NCBI GenBank assembly: GCA_903851535.1
Contig: CAINOO010000101.1
Location: 6,359 to 70,358, forward strand
Direction: 5' to 3'
DNA length: 64,000 bases
Source: an uncultured Chlorobiaceae bacterium
Lineage (GTDB): Bacteria; Bacteroidota; Chlorobiia; Chlorobiales; Chlorobiaceae
The notes under the pieces were generated by a model. That model had not been told where the DNA came from. It was given only the letters and a program-made list of their open reading frames with translations, and ran no database searches. Positions within the stretch are counted from its first letter, which is position 1, and each line of letters opens with the position of its first letter. The translations under genes were made by a program, and so were the position numbers. This document shows positions 40,845 through 52,196 of the stretch, one piece after another.

Positions 40845-41605
40845 CAGGCGTTATCGCCGTCAATATTCATGGTTGGATAAAGATGGACGGGTTTCGCCGC
40901 TTTTTTGCGCAGACGGATGTTCAGCATTTCAACCGAGACGGAAAAGGCCATGGCAAAATAGATGTACCCTCTCGGAATTTCAAAACCAGCTCCTTCTGCA
41001 AGCAGGGTGACTCCGACAAGAATGAGAAAGCTGAGGGCAAGCATCTTGATGGTTGGGTGCGCTTCAACAAAATCGCTGATCGATTTGGCTGCCAGCATCA
41101 TGATGGCGATTGAGATCATGATGGCGATGATCATCACTTCAACATCTTTCGCAAGGCCGACAGCGGTGATGACCGAGTCGAGCGAAAAGACAATGTCGAT
41201 AACGGCAATCTGCAGCATGGTGATGGCAAACGTGCTTGTGGAACCGCTTTTTTTGCCCTCCTCTTCAGCCCCTTCGAGGCTTTGGTGGATCTCCTGGGTG
41301 CTTTTGGCAAGCAAAAAGAGCCCGCCGCCAATCAGGATGAGGTCGCGTCCTGAAACAGCATGATCAAGCAGGGTAAAGAGTCCGGAGGTGAGTCCCATAA
41401 CCCAGGTTATCGAGAGCAGAAGGGCAATTCTGGTCAGCATGGCGAGCCCAAGTCCGATAATTCTTCCTTTGCCCCGTTGCTTCTCCGGCAGACGCCCCAC
41501 GATAATCGAAAGAAAGATAATATTATCTATCCCGAGTACAATTTCGAGAGCAGTTAATGTTGCCAGGGCAATCCAGGCTTCAGGCTGTGTAATCCATTCC
41601 ATCAT
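40844..41605 (-). CDS. TerC-family membrane protein
   Basis: LEIVLGIDNIIF, DIVFSLDSVITAVG, HPTIKMLALSFL, GYIYFAMAFS. Confidence 0.92.
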   Translation of the reverse strand: MMEWITQPEAWIALATLTALEIVLGIDNIIFLSIIVGRLPEKQRGKGRIIGLGLAMLTRIALLLSITWVMGLTSGLFTLLDHAVSGRDLILIGGGLFLLAKSTQEIHQSLEGAEEEGKKSGSTSTFAITMLQIAVIDIVFSLDSVITAVGLAKDVEVMIIAIMISIAIMMLAAKSISDFVEAHPTIKMLALSFLILVGVTLLAEGAGFEIPRGYIYFAMAFSVSVEMLNIRLRKKAAKPVHLYPTMNIDGDNA

Positions 41606-41772
41606 TGGTGAAAAAAAATAACTGTTTTTGCAAAAATGCAATTCAGAAGGTAATGTAATGAACGGATTGTGCTCAGGCAAAAAATCAGGGTTGGCGCGCC
41701 TGATGCTCTTTTTCGTTACATTCCATACTGATCTCTTTTTATGAGAGGCCCGGGAAGTTCAGTGATAATGTT

Positions 41773-43182
41773 TTGCCATCTCTTTCTACTCTTATGCAGC
41801 ATGATCAGTGGTTTTCGGAGTTGGCGCTCTTGCGGGAGACCTTTGAGAGCGGCATAACCCGCGATCTGTCGTGGAGGATTTCTCAGCTTCTTGCACTTCA
41901 GTCGTTTCTTGTGGAGCGCGAACGCGATATCGCCGCCGCCGTGCATCATGATTTCAGGAAGTCTGCGGCAGAGACCTTTTTGACCGAAACGGGATTCCTG
42001 CGAGGAGAAATCCGTTTTGCACTGAAGCATCTCACCTCATGGATGAAGCCTCGCCGGGTTTCTATTCCGCTTATCTATCAGCCCTCAAAAGCCTCTTACT
42101 CTCCTGAACCCTATGGCGTTGTTCTCATCATCGGGGCATGGAACTATCCCTTCAATCTCTCCCTTGCGCCCCTCATCAGCGCCATCGCTGCCGGAAACTG
42201 CGCGGTGGTCAAGCCCTCGGAACACGCCCCCCGCAGTTCTGCACTCATTGCCGAAGGGGTGGGTCGCTATCTTGACCAGAGTGCGATCAGGGTCGTTACG
42301 GGGGGTGCAAAAGAGGCAAAGGCTCTGCTTGATGAGCGGTTTGGTTACATATTTTATACCGGCAGCCCGGAGATTGGTCGGGAGGTGATGCTTGCCGCAG
42401 CTCGCCATCTTACTCCGCTTACGCTTGAACTTGGGGGGAAATCTCCCTGTATTGTTGAAGAGAGTGTTGATATCCGAGTGGCGGCGCGCAGGATTGTCTG
42501 GGCCAAGTTTTTGAATGCTGGCCAGACCTGCCTTGCGCCTGATTATGTTCTGGTGCATGAGCATCGGGAGGAGGAGTTGCTTCATTTCATGCAGGAGGCC
42601 ATTACCGACTTTTATGGTCATGAGCCCCGCTTGAGTCGTGATTATCCCCGAATTGTCAACATGGATAACTTCCAGCGGCTCAAAAAGCTGCTTGATGGCT
42701 CTTCAGTCTGGTGTGGAGGCCAGAGCGATCAGGGTGAGCGTTATATCGCACCCACCATTCTGCGCGGAGTAGCGCCAGCCTCTCCGCTCATGCAGTTGGA
42801 GATTTTCGGCCCCCTTTTGCCTGTCATTGCCTATTCGGATCTTTCAGAAGCACTCGACTTCATTCGTCGCCAGGATGAGCCTCTTGCTATTTATCTTTTT
42901 TCTTCTGATCGGGATGTACAGGAACGGGTAGTCGGTAACTCCCGCTCGGGTGGAGTGTGTATTAATGATCTTTTTTTTCAGGCGGCGCATCATCGGCTTC
43001 CTTTCGGCGGCCTTGGTAACAGTGGATTCGGAGCTTATCATGGCCGGGCGGGGTTTGACACCTTCTCTTTTCAGCGTAGTGTTCTGCGTCGCTCATTTTT
43101 TGTCGATCCAGCCCTTCGCTATCCGCCCTACCGTTGGTGGAAGTTCAGGCTGCTTAAACCCCTTGTCACCTTTTTTCAGTGA
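41773..43182 (+). CDS. Aldehyde dehydrogenase (ALDH3/CALDH-like)
   Basis: WNYP, FYTGS, LELGGKSP, NAGQTC, EIFGP, PFGGLGNSG. Confidence 0.93.
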   Translation: MPSLSTLMQHDQWFSELALLRETFESGITRDLSWRISQLLALQSFLVERERDIAAAVHHDFRKSAAETFLTETGFLRGEIRFALKHLTSWMKPRRVSIPLIYQPSKASYSPEPYGVVLIIGAWNYPFNLSLAPLISAIAAGNCAVVKPSEHAPRSSALIAEGVGRYLDQSAIRVVTGGAKEAKALLDERFGYIFYTGSPEIGREVMLAAARHLTPLTLELGGKSPCIVEESVDIRVAARRIVWAKFLNAGQTCLAPDYVLVHEHREEELLHFMQEAITDFYGHEPRLSRDYPRIVNMDNFQRLKKLLDGSSVWCGGQSDQGERYIAPTILRGVAPASPLMQLEIFGPLLPVIAYSDLSEALDFIRRQDEPLAIYLFSSDRDVQERVVGNSRSGGVCINDLFFQAAHHRLPFGGLGNSGFGAYHGRAGFDTFSFQRSVLRRSFFVDPALRYPPYRWWKFRLLKPLVTFFQ

Positions 43183-43235
43183 AGTTCTCCCTCTCCGGCG
43201 GATTTTCCGGGAACCCTTTTTATTCTTGACTCCTT

Positions 43236-44006
43236 ATGAAAAAAATAGCTCTTGCACTCGGGGGAGGAGCCGTTCTTGGCGCAGCTCATGTCGGGGTGCT
43301 CAGGGCCTTGGCTGAGCTTGATATCACGGTCTCGATGATCAGCGGCACCAGCATCGGTGCCTTTATTGCTTCGCTCCACGCTTTTGGCAAAAGCTGGGAG
43401 GAGATTCGCGATATTGTTTTCGACCTCGACTGGCTTGATATGACCAGTCTGGCGCTTTCGCAGTATGGCCTTCTCTCAAACCGAAAAATCGCTGGAATGG
43501 TCGGTGCCCTGCTGGGCGATAAAAATATTGAGGATGCCCTGATTTCTCTTTCCATAGTGGCCACCGATATTGGTACAGGAAAAAAAATTATTCTTGCCAA
43601 AGGGGATGTGGCTCTTGCCGTGATGGCAAGCAGTTGTATTCCGGGGCTTTTCAAGCCGGTTGATTGGGCGGGATCGCTGCTTGTTGACGGGATGCTCATG
43701 GAAAATGTTCCTGTTTCTCCGCTCTTTGAACGCGGAGCTCCTTCGATTGTCTGTGTCGATCTTTTGGCCCGTCATGCCTTCAAAAAGCCTGCCAATATTA
43801 TTGACCTTCTGCTTAACGCATTCTACAGTACCATTACCAACATGACGGCATTGCAGACCGGTGTGGTCGATCTCTCTATTTCTCCCGACCTTTCTGAATT
43901 CACCCTGATTGATACCGCCCAGATTCCCGATATTATGGAGGCGGGCTATCGGGCAGCCCTTCCTGCGCTGAAAGCATGGCTTGAGCGTGAACCGTCTTGC
44001 TTTTAA
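43236..44006 (+). CDS. Patatin-like phospholipase
   Basis: LGGGA, GTSIG, DG motif (VDGM). Confidence 0.88.
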   Translation: MKKIALALGGGAVLGAAHVGVLRALAELDITVSMISGTSIGAFIASLHAFGKSWEEIRDIVFDLDWLDMTSLALSQYGLLSNRKIAGMVGALLGDKNIEDALISLSIVATDIGTGKKIILAKGDVALAVMASSCIPGLFKPVDWAGSLLVDGMLMENVPVSPLFERGAPSIVCVDLLARHAFKKPANIIDLLLNAFYSTITNMTALQTGVVDLSISPDLSEFTLIDTAQIPDIMEAGYRAALPALKAWLEREPSCF

Positions 44007-44069
44007 TGTGGTATTTGCCGTAATTGAGGGGAGTCCTTGCTTTTTAAATAATCCTAAAGCCCGTTGACT

Positions 44070-45077
44070 ATGAAAAAAAGATCTGCTTGTTTGAAGTCGG
44101 CGTTTTTATCCGGCTTTCTTTTTACCATGTTTGGTTCCGCAAGTGTTTCTCTTGCAGAGCCGGTTCGGTTTCCCTTGAGGGAGTTGCATCGTCCGCCGAT
44201 TATCAGGCTCCTCCCTGATCTTGCTGTTGAGGATCTCAAAGTGAATAGCGACTGTCAGGTAGTCGTGAAAATCCGTAATAATGGGCCAGGCAGGCTTCCT
44301 GATGAAGTGTGGAGTGTTCATACACCCAAAAGTGCCGGCATCTACCTTTCCATAGACGGACGGAAGTGGGGTGGCGCAACGATATGGGGTTTTGACGGTG
44401 CAAGGGCTCTGCAGGCGCCCGGGGGTATGGCTGAATATACCAGCAATCTCAAGGTTTCTGCCAACTCAACCATCAAGGCCGAGATTGATCTCTGGAATGT
44501 GGTGGCAGAGAGCAACAAAGCCAACAATATTGCAATCAAAACGCTCAGTTGCGGGGTGCTTCCGCCCCTCGCCCTGATTCCTCCGCACAGGGTTATTCCG
44601 CCTCTCAGAGTCATTCCCGCAGTCAATGAAGACTGCATTACCTTCAATCCTGAGACGATTGAGGTGAAAGAGTTTGGTGGTAACTGGAAGATTGTTGATG
44701 GCAGCCACTGGATGTTTGATTTCGGCAGCAACAAGGCCGAGGCTGAAAAGGCGTTCAGCATTATCCGCTACTACAGGATGAACAGCACCTGCTATGTTGG
44801 ACGTCCTGATCCGTCGTTTACCTATATGCTCGTTTCAGGCAGTGCTCCTGCTGGAGCTTTTCCTGGTGAGGATTCCATTGCCTTCAATCCGGCGACTATT
44901 GAGGTCAAAGAGATCGGTGGACGCTGGAAGATTGTTGATGGCCATCACTTGATGTTTGATTTCGACACGAATAAAGCTGAAGCAGAAACCGCTTTCGCAA
45001 TCATTAAAAAGTATGGCTTCCGTTATTCATGCTTTGTTGGCAGGCCCGATCCAAGCTTTAGCTATATGAGAAAATAG
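44070..45077 (+). CDS. Secreted protein with a CARDB/Ig-like domain and two ~80-aa C-terminal repeats
   Basis: Signal peptide. LPDLAV...IRNNG...VAESNKANN (CARDB-like). Repeats begin at 44628 and 44868 (EDxIxFNPxTIEVKExGGxWKIVDG...GRPDPSF). Confidence 0.78.
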   Translation: MKKRSACLKSAFLSGFLFTMFGSASVSLAEPVRFPLRELHRPPIIRLLPDLAVEDLKVNSDCQVVVKIRNNGPGRLPDEVWSVHTPKSAGIYLSIDGRKWGGATIWGFDGARALQAPGGMAEYTSNLKVSANSTIKAEIDLWNVVAESNKANNIAIKTLSCGVLPPLALIPPHRVIPPLRVIPAVNEDCITFNPETIEVKEFGGNWKIVDGSHWMFDFGSNKAEAEKAFSIIRYYRMNSTCYVGRPDPSFTYMLVSGSAPAGAFPGEDSIAFNPATIEVKEIGGRWKIVDGHHLMFDFDTNKAEAETAFAIIKKYGFRYSCFVGRPDPSFSYMRK

Positions 45078-45089
45078 TGCAGCGTTTAT

Positions 45090-45131
45090 TGCTGCCCTCC
45101 CCCGAAGGGCGCGAGGGCAGCAGGTTGTTTT
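45090..45131 (+). terminator. Rho-independent terminator
   Basis: TGCTGCCCTC...GAGGGCAGCA followed by a T-rich tail. Confidence 0.65.
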
Positions 45132-45170
45132 ATCCGATAAAACGCATTAATCAGTGAGGAGAAACATATT

Positions 45171-45641
45171 ATGCCTTTACGTAAATTAAGGGAGTTTCTT
45201 GACAGCCACGGTGTCAGGTATTTTGTCGTGAGCCACTCTCCGGCCTATACGGCTCAGGAGATAGCCGCCGCCGCTCATGTTCCGGGCAAAGAGCTTGCAA
45301 AAACCGTCATTGTCACTCTTGACGGAAAAATGGCTATGGTTGTTTTGCCTGCTTCCCGTCAGCTCGATTTTAAGCTTTTGCGTGCTCTGACCGGAGCAGG
45401 GGAGGTGGAGCTTGCCGGAGAAAGAGAATTTGCCGGGCTCTTTCCTGAATGCGAGATTGGTGCCATGCCGCCTTTTGGAAACCTCTATGGTATGGCGGTC
45501 TATGTATCAGAAGAGCTTGAAGATGATGACGAAATTGCCTTTAATGCCGGAGCCCATACAGAACTGCTGCGGCTCTCCTATGAAAGTTTCAGGAGGCTTG
45601 TTCAACCAAAAGTAGCAAAACTCTCACTTCCGCTGAAGTGA
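45171..45641 (+). CDS. YbaK/EbsC aminoacyl-tRNA deacylase-family protein
   Basis: AKTVIV, CEIGAMPPFG, FNAGAH. Confidence 0.9.
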   Translation: MPLRKLREFLDSHGVRYFVVSHSPAYTAQEIAAAAHVPGKELAKTVIVTLDGKMAMVVLPASRQLDFKLLRALTGAGEVELAGEREFAGLFPECEIGAMPPFGNLYGMAVYVSEELEDDDEIAFNAGAHTELLRLSYESFRRLVQPKVAKLSLPLK

Positions 45642-45774
45642 TTGAAACGGGGGATGATGGATTTTTCCGGGGAAATGTTACCTTTGGTTCATGCTTGCTG
45701 ACAGGCCGACAAATTTTTTCAGGACATCGGCTGCGGAAAAGCTGAATCACTATGGCCTTTATATTCTGTCTCTT

Positions 45775-46941
45775 ATGAAGATTGCCTTATACTCGGGGAC
45801 TTATGTCAGGGACAAGGACGGTGCCGTAAAATCCATCTATCAACTGGTCGCTTCTTTCAGGAAAAAAGGTCACGAGGTGGCCGTTTGGTCTCCTGATGTT
45901 TCAGACGGGGATAGCCACAATGGTTTGCGTGTCCACCGGATGCCCTCTGTACCTATTCCGCTTTACCCCGACTACAAACTCGGGTTTTTTACGGATGAAA
46001 CACGTTTGCAGCTCGAAGCGTTTGCGCCCGACATGGTGCATATTTCGACACCTGATATTATCGGTCGGGCGTTTCTTCTCTATGCCCGAAAAAAAAACAT
46101 ACCGGTTGCTTCGGCGTTTCATACCGATTTTCCCTCTTACTTCAGTTATTATCGTCTTGGGTTTGCGGTAAAACATGCGTGGAAATATCTGGTCTGGTTT
46201 TATAATAACTGCGATATTGTTCTGGCTCCGAATGAGAGTGTCCGGTTGAAACTGACGGGTTATGCTATTCGAAACATCGAAATCTGGTCAAGGGGAGTTG
46301 ACAAGGAGCTTTTTGATCCATTCCGCCGATCTGAAAAACTGCGTTCAAAGTGGAATGCTGCGGGCCGGAGCGTTATTGTCTATGCCGGACGTTTTGTACT
46401 CTACAAGGATATTGAGGTTGTCATGAGGGTTTACGATCGCTTTATGCAGGGAGAGTATGCCGACCGGGTACGGTTTGTCATGATCGGCTCCGGTCCTGAA
46501 GAGGAGGCGATGCGGCGAAGAATGCCTGAAGCGGTCTTTACCGGTTATCTTACCGGGGAGGAGTTGCCTGAAGCCTATGCCTCCGGAGATATGTTTCTTT
46601 TTCCCTCAACAACCGAGGCATTCTGCAATGTTGCCCTCGAAGCTCTTGCGTCAGGTTTGCCTGTCGTTGTTTCTGATGCAGGCGGTTGCCGCGATATTGC
46701 TGATCGATCAACCGGTGGAGTTGTCGTTCATGAAGGGAGTGTCTGTGATTTTTATGCCAGATGCGTTGAATTACTTGATAATTCCATTCGTTACAGGGAA
46801 ATGAGAGCTTCCGGACTTGCATACGCGGAGACGCAGTCATGGTCTTCAGTCAATGGCTGTGTGATTGAGCGGTACCAGAAATTGGTTGATGGTGCAAAAA
46901 GCAGGAACGAGGATGGAGTACGAAGTGCTGCCGATGGGTGA
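45775..46941 (+). CDS. GT4 (GT-B) glycosyltransferase
   Basis: DGAV, PDMVHISTP, FHTDF, SRGVD, FPSTTEAFCNVALEALASGLPVV. Confidence 0.9.
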   Translation: MKIALYSGTYVRDKDGAVKSIYQLVASFRKKGHEVAVWSPDVSDGDSHNGLRVHRMPSVPIPLYPDYKLGFFTDETRLQLEAFAPDMVHISTPDIIGRAFLLYARKKNIPVASAFHTDFPSYFSYYRLGFAVKHAWKYLVWFYNNCDIVLAPNESVRLKLTGYAIRNIEIWSRGVDKELFDPFRRSEKLRSKWNAAGRSVIVYAGRFVLYKDIEVVMRVYDRFMQGEYADRVRFVMIGSGPEEEAMRRRMPEAVFTGYLTGEELPEAYASGDMFLFPSTTEAFCNVALEALASGLPVVVSDAGGCRDIADRSTGGVVVHEGSVCDFYARCVELLDNSIRYREMRASGLAYAETQSWSSVNGCVIERYQKLVDGAKSRNEDGVRSAADG

Positions 46942-46981
46942 AAAGGTTAGGCTTTTGTGTCGATAATGTTGATGGAGGGTT

Positions 46982-47881
46982 ATGAAAGCAGGGATAGTTG
47001 GATTGGGGAAAATGGGTTTCAATATGGCAGAGCATCTGCTTGAGTGTGGCCATGATCTTGTGGTTTATGATCTTGCCGAAGAGGCTGTTGCGGCCTTGGC
47101 GCTCAAAGGGGCGGTTGCTTCCGCTTCGTTGCGGGAACTGGCGGGTATGCTTGATTCTCCCCGTCTGATCTGGTTGATGGTGCCTGCCGGCGCTCCGGTC
47201 GACAGTACGATTGAGCAACTGCTTCCGCTGCTTGAGCGGGGCGATGTCATTGTGGATGGAGGTAATTCACACTACAAGGATTCTGAACGGCGGGCCTTTC
47301 GCCTTTGTGAAAAGGGGATACGTTTTCTTGACGCCGGTACAAGCGGTGGCCTTGAAGGGGCTCGGCGTGGCGCCTGCATTATGGTTGGTGGTGAAAAAGC
47401 GGCCTATGACCTTATTGAGCCCCTGTTGAGGGTGCTCTGTGTGGAAAAGGGGTATGGTTATATGGGCCGATCCGGATCCGGCCATTTTGCCAAAATGGTG
47501 CATAATGGTATTGAGTATGGCATGATGCAGTCAATCGGAGAGGGATTCAATCTGCTTGATGCAAGCGGCTATGATTTTGACCTTGAAGCGCTTTCCCGGG
47601 TTTGGAGCAATGGATCGGTGATTCGTGGCTGGTTGATGGAACTGATGGCACAGGCGCTTCAAAAAGATCCGAAGCTCGGTTACCTCAAAGGCTCCATTGC
47701 TGATTCAGGAGAGGGGCGCTGGACGGTTGAGGCTGCCCTGCAGCATGAGGTTTCGATTCCGGTGATTGCCGCATCTCTTTTCAGTCGTTACCGTTCACGT
47801 TCTGACGAAAATCTCTCTGACCGTGCTGTCGCCGCATTGCGTCATGAGTTCGGAGGGCACGCTTTTGTCGACAAACCATAA
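46982..47881 (+). CDS. gnd: 6-phosphogluconate dehydrogenase, decarboxylating (short type)
   Basis: [35 protein letters not shown]. Confidence 0.95.
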   Translation: MKAGIVGLGKMGFNMAEHLLECGHDLVVYDLAEEAVAALALKGAVASASLRELAGMLDSPRLIWLMVPAGAPVDSTIEQLLPLLERGDVIVDGGNSHYKDSERRAFRLCEKGIRFLDAGTSGGLEGARRGACIMVGGEKAAYDLIEPLLRVLCVEKGYGYMGRSGSGHFAKMVHNGIEYGMMQSIGEGFNLLDASGYDFDLEALSRVWSNGSVIRGWLMELMAQALQKDPKLGYLKGSIADSGEGRWTVEAALQHEVSIPVIAASLFSRYRSRSDENLSDRAVAALRHEFGGHAFVDKP

Positions 47882-47895
47882 CCCGTGCAATCATC

Positions 47896-49332
47896 ATGCC
47901 ACCAAAACCCGATAATTGCACCATTATTATTTTTGGCGCACACAGCGACCTTGCCGCCCGCAAACTTTTTCCATCACTTTATGAGCTTGCCCTCTGGGGC
48001 CATCTTCCCGATGAGTACCGTATTGTCGCCGTCGGGCGCTCTGCTCTCTCCCACACCGAGTTCCGTCAAAAGGTGTATGAAAAAATGGCAGCTTTATTCC
48101 CTGAAAACGTTCAGGATGAAGCAGCTCTTGCATCATTTTTTGCAAGGCTTTTTTATGTGGGTGTTGACTTTACCCGCAGCGAAGAGTACCATGCCCTCCA
48201 CAAAGAGATCATGGAGGGAGAAGCAGGGTTGGCCGCCAGTCCGAATATCCTCTTCTATCTTGCAACCCCGCCCGCTCTTGCGCCACTCATTGTCCGGAAC
48301 CTTGACCATGCAGGACTTGGAGAAAAAGATGGTTTAAAGGGCAGTTGGCGGAAAATTATTGTGGAGAAGCCTTACGGGAGTAACCTGCAGACGGCGCGTG
48401 AACTCAACAGGGTCATCGGGGAGGTTTTCCATGAAGAGCGCATTTTCAGGATAGATCACTATCTCGGCAAAGAGACGGTTCAAAATATCATGGTCTTTCG
48501 CTTTTCAAACGGAATTTTTGAGCCATTGTGGAACCGTAACAATATTGCCAATGTGGCCATTACCATTGCCGAAAAGTTCGGCATCCGTGACCGCGGCGCC
48601 TTTTACGAAGAGGCTGGTCTGCTGCGCGATATCATGCAGAATCACGCGCTTCAGCTTCTCGCATCCGTTGCCATGGAGCCACCGGTTGATTTCTCTGCCG
48701 ATGCGGTGCGCGATGAAAAAGTCAAGCTTCTCCGTTCAATTCGTCACTTTACTTCACAGAGTGCTGAAGGGACGGTTGTTCTAGGCCAGTATGAGGGATA
48801 CCGTTCTGAAAAAAATGTTGCCCCCGACTCAACGGTTGAGACTTTTGCCGCAATAAAGTTTTTTGTCGACAACTGGCGATGGAAGGATGTTCCTTTTATG
48901 ATCAAGGCCGGAAAGAGTCTTGCCGAAACGGTGACCGAAATCGTCATTACCTTCAAGTGTCCTCCCCAGAACTATTTCGGCCCAGCCGAGAGCTGTTGCT
49001 ATACCGCCAATCAGGTTATCCTCCGCATACAGCCGGAAGAGACCATTGCTATAAAGTTCGGAGCAAAACGTCCGGGTGAAGCGCTTATTACCGATCCCGT
49101 CTTCATGAAATTCGATTACAAGACCTCGTTTTCCGAAGCCGGAGCAACACCCTATCACCGCCTGCTGCTTGATGCCATGGCGGGTGATCAGATGAACTTT
49201 ATCCGCCAGGACAGCGTCGAATACTCGTGGGCGATTATTGATGCCATAAGGGAGGCTGTCGGCACAAAACCGCCGGCAAGCTATCCGGTTCATTCATGGG
49301 GGCCTGAATCGGTGGCAGCCATTTACTCATGA
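47896..49332 (+). CDS. zwf: Glucose-6-phosphate dehydrogenase
   Basis: [25 protein letters not shown]. Confidence 0.96.
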   Translation: MPPKPDNCTIIIFGAHSDLAARKLFPSLYELALWGHLPDEYRIVAVGRSALSHTEFRQKVYEKMAALFPENVQDEAALASFFARLFYVGVDFTRSEEYHALHKEIMEGEAGLAASPNILFYLATPPALAPLIVRNLDHAGLGEKDGLKGSWRKIIVEKPYGSNLQTARELNRVIGEVFHEERIFRIDHYLGKETVQNIMVFRFSNGIFEPLWNRNNIANVAITIAEKFGIRDRGAFYEEAGLLRDIMQNHALQLLASVAMEPPVDFSADAVRDEKVKLLRSIRHFTSQSAEGTVVLGQYEGYRSEKNVAPDSTVETFAAIKFFVDNWRWKDVPFMIKAGKSLAETVTEIVITFKCPPQNYFGPAESCCYTANQVILRIQPEETIAIKFGAKRPGEALITDPVFMKFDYKTSFSEAGATPYHRLLLDAMAGDQMNFIRQDSVEYSWAIIDAIREAVGTKPPASYPVHSWGPESVAAIYS

Positions 49333-50132
49333 GCGGCAAACCAGTATAGCCGTCCACTTTTCGGCTTGACAAGGCTGGCTGGCAGGCCCTTCTCCTCTTC
49401 GAGAAAGATTCTTTTTGCCAGTGCGTATTTTTCATGGCCAGTAGTAAAAAAGAGCACATTCCGGGCATGGTTGATAACCGGCAGGGTAAGGGTCAGCCGC
49501 ATTCCCGGAGGCTTTGCCTGTGGAGCATTAACTGCAATCACCCATCGCGTTCGCTCTTGAAGCGCTTCCGGGTTATCTCTGAACAGTGATGCGGTGTGGC
49601 CATCTTCGCCAAGACCAAGCAGAATCAAGTCAAAGAGGGGATAGCCCTCTGGCAGCAAACTCCCCTCGGTTGCAAAAAACGTACGGATGGCCGCTTCATA
49701 GCTTCTGGCGGAGCTATCCGTATCACTCTCTTCGGCGGCCATTCTGAACAGGTGATCATCCGCAATGCCGGAGTGCTGCAGCAAGCTCTCTCTGACCATA
49801 CGGTAATTACTGTCCGGATGATTGAGTGGAACGCATCGCTCATCCCCCTGAAACAGCCAGATGTTCGGAGGAAGAGAGTGGAGGCTCTGCCTGCTTCCCG
49901 GGTTGTTGCCGGGCATCGCAAGGTCGTAGCGCTCAAAAATCTCTGATGAAACCCCCTCTGCAAGTTTCTTATAAAGGATTCGTTGAGAGTTTCCTCCTGC
50001 AAGTACTATTGAAAAAAAGCCGTGATCAGCTATGGCTCTATAGGCTGTAGCAATAATCAGTGCTGCAGCATGCTCCGTTATTTTTTTGTCGTTGCCGGTG
50101 TAAAGGGTTTGCTGAAAATTTGTTAATGTCAT
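49323..50132 (-). CDS. pgl: 6-phosphogluconolactonase
   Basis: [31 protein letters not shown]. Confidence 0.93.
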   Translation of the reverse strand: MTLTNFQQTLYTGNDKKITEHAAALIIATAYRAIADHGFFSIVLAGGNSQRILYKKLAEGVSSEIFERYDLAMPGNNPGSRQSLHSLPPNIWLFQGDERCVPLNHPDSNYRMVRESLLQHSGIADDHLFRMAAEESDTDSSARSYEAAIRTFFATEGSLLPEGYPLFDLILLGLGEDGHTASLFRDNPEALQERTRWVIAVNAPQAKPPGMRLTLTLPVINHARNVLFFTTGHEKYALAKRIFLEEEKGLPASLVKPKSGRLYWFAAHE

Positions 50133-50431
50133 AATTAGTTGTGTTTTTCTGTGTGTATTGGCGCAAGGAAAATGGATGAAATGGCCGATAACCTTGCGTT
50201 TCTGAAAATTTACACGACCCGACAGGAATCAAAGTTATGTTAAAGAAATATTGCTTATCATAAAAAATTCAAGGGTTGCATGGCTCAACTGTAAAAAAGT
50301 CGATAAGTGTTCTCGTTCGGCCATGAGAGGTGATGCAAGGATGGGAGGTACGTCTCGTAAATACAAGCTTATAGAAAAATTTGAGTAACGAAGCAGCCAC
50401 GAGCTGAACAATTTAACGACTTGTTATATCT

Positions 50432-50812
50432 ATGGGTGGTCACTATGATATAGGCATGGATATTATTAATGTCGAACGAATCAGGACCTCATACCGGCGT
50501 TACGGCGATAGATTTCTGGAAAAAATTCTGACAGCCGATGAAATAACACTTTGCCGAAAGAAGGCGGATATGATGCAAAGCGTCGCCGCAAGGTTTGCTG
50601 CGAAGGAAGCGATTTCGAAGGCACTCGGCTGTGGTATCAGCAAAAATTTCAACTGGCAGAGTGTAGAGGTTCTCAATGGCCCGCAGGGAAAACCGTTTGT
50701 CAGGGTGATCGACAAAAAGTGCCTGATTACTGAGGGATCAATAAAAATCTCCTTGTCTCATGATAAACAATATGCTTCGGCAGTTGTGCTGATCTTCAAT
50801 AAAAAAGCGTAA
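50432..50812 (+). CDS. acpS: Holo-ACP synthase (4'-phosphopantetheinyl transferase)
   Basis: IGMDI, ARFAAKEAISKALG, GKP, SLSHD. Confidence 0.92.
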   Translation: MGGHYDIGMDIINVERIRTSYRRYGDRFLEKILTADEITLCRKKADMMQSVAARFAAKEAISKALGCGISKNFNWQSVEVLNGPQGKPFVRVIDKKCLITEGSIKISLSHDKQYASAVVLIFNKKA

Positions 50813-51006
50813 ATACCGGCTATAATTTTTAGCAGGTTACTTTTTTTATGCAAAATTTACCTCTGTCTCTCTGGTTATTTGTTGTATATCGAATTATATT
50901 AAGCACCACAGCAGGTGGGCATGACCTGAAGGGTTCTCTTGATATTTGATGTGTGATTTGAAGCAAATCTGGACTGCTGGTTAATGTTGTTTGCTCTGAT
51001 AAAATA

Positions 51007-51453
51007 ATGCGTTGGTTATTAGTTGACAAGGTTCTTGAAATGGATCCAGGCAAGAAAGCTCTGGGTGTCAAGTGTTTTTCCCGGTCTGAACTTTTTTTTA
51101 TGGATCATTTTCCGGGCTATCCTCTTGTTCCGGGTGTTCTCCAGATTGAGATGATAGCGCAGCTTGGCGGGAAATGCATCATGTCCGCTAATCCGGGATT
51201 TCTTCCTGTGCTAACATCAGTTAAAAATGCTAAATTTCGAAAAGCAATTGAACCGGGCGATAAAGCACTTATTCATGTGGACGTTACATTGCGCAAGGCT
51301 TATTCCATAGCCTCCGGCTGGATTGAGGTCGAAGGGAAGAGCGTTGCAAGTGCTCAAGTGATGTACGGGCACGTTCCTGTTCTTGCAGAACAAATTACTG
51401 ATTCTTTTCTGGGGAATTCTTGTGGCAAAGGCACTCTTTCGGGAGGGATATGA
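51007..51453 (+). CDS. FabZ-like 3-hydroxyacyl-ACP dehydratase
   Basis: LLVDKV, HFPGYPLVPGVLQIEMIAQ (His/Glu dyad), FRKAIEPGD. Confidence 0.9.
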   Translation: MRWLLVDKVLEMDPGKKALGVKCFSRSELFFMDHFPGYPLVPGVLQIEMIAQLGGKCIMSANPGFLPVLTSVKNAKFRKAIEPGDKALIHVDVTLRKAYSIASGWIEVEGKSVASAQVMYGHVPVLAEQITDSFLGNSCGKGTLSGGI

Positions 51454-52196
51454 GTAGTATCCTGTCAAGCAGTATTCTTGTACCCGGTACTGAAACATGT
51501 GTAATGCCCTATAGCAATGAGTATTACGGGGAGCAACTGATTCTTCCCCGAACAAAAAAGCTTCCGCTTGAAGAGCGTGAAGCTGCCCTTCCCGATCGAA
51601 AAGTCTACCGCTCCATGAGTAGATCCGCTATTCTGCTTTCACTGACATGCCTGAAACTTCAGTCGCAAATACAGCAATTCCTTGATATTTCGCCCTTCAG
51701 TGCAGGAATATATTGTGCTGTTGAGAATGGGCCGGTCGATTTAAAATCAACAAGGGAAATGCTGGATGTTTCAAGATCAGATTTTGCTGAACAGTACCGG
51801 AAGTCTCATAATCCAAAAATGTTTCTCATGCAACTTCCGAATCTTGCCGCGGCACAGATGGGAATATTTTTAGGGATCATGGGGCCGATGAACGTCTTCA
51901 ACAGTTCAACATGGGGCAGTATTCACGCACTTGAACAGGCGGAAGATGATCTGGGCAATGGACGTATATCTGTAGCACTTGTTTGCAGCGCATTCAGTTT
52001 TGAGAATCCGCTTCTCCTTGAAAGGATAAGAAAGCATGATCTGCATGATCGGGTTTTATGCGAAGGAGCGGCGGCAATGCTGTTGACAGCCGACGGAAAC
52101 AGATCTGACTGGTGTGCGATGAATTATGATATGACGGAGTCGTATTACGGTATAAGCCACCAGATTATTACTCAAACTATAAAAAAGGGGGCGTAA
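51450..52196 (+). CDS. Truncated ketosynthase N-terminal-like protein (chain-length-factor-like, no catalytic Cys)
   Basis: LPNLAAAQMGIFLGIMGP, GSIHALEQA, EGAAAMLL. NSSTWGS stands where TAC is expected. About 248 aa, ATGA-coupled to the dehydratase. Confidence 0.75.
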   Translation: MSSILSSSILVPGTETCVMPYSNEYYGEQLILPRTKKLPLEEREAALPDRKVYRSMSRSAILLSLTCLKLQSQIQQFLDISPFSAGIYCAVENGPVDLKSTREMLDVSRSDFAEQYRKSHNPKMFLMQLPNLAAAQMGIFLGIMGPMNVFNSSTWGSIHALEQAEDDLGNGRISVALVCSAFSFENPLLLERIRKHDLHDRVLCEGAAAMLLTADGNRSDWCAMNYDMTESYYGISHQIITQTIKKGA

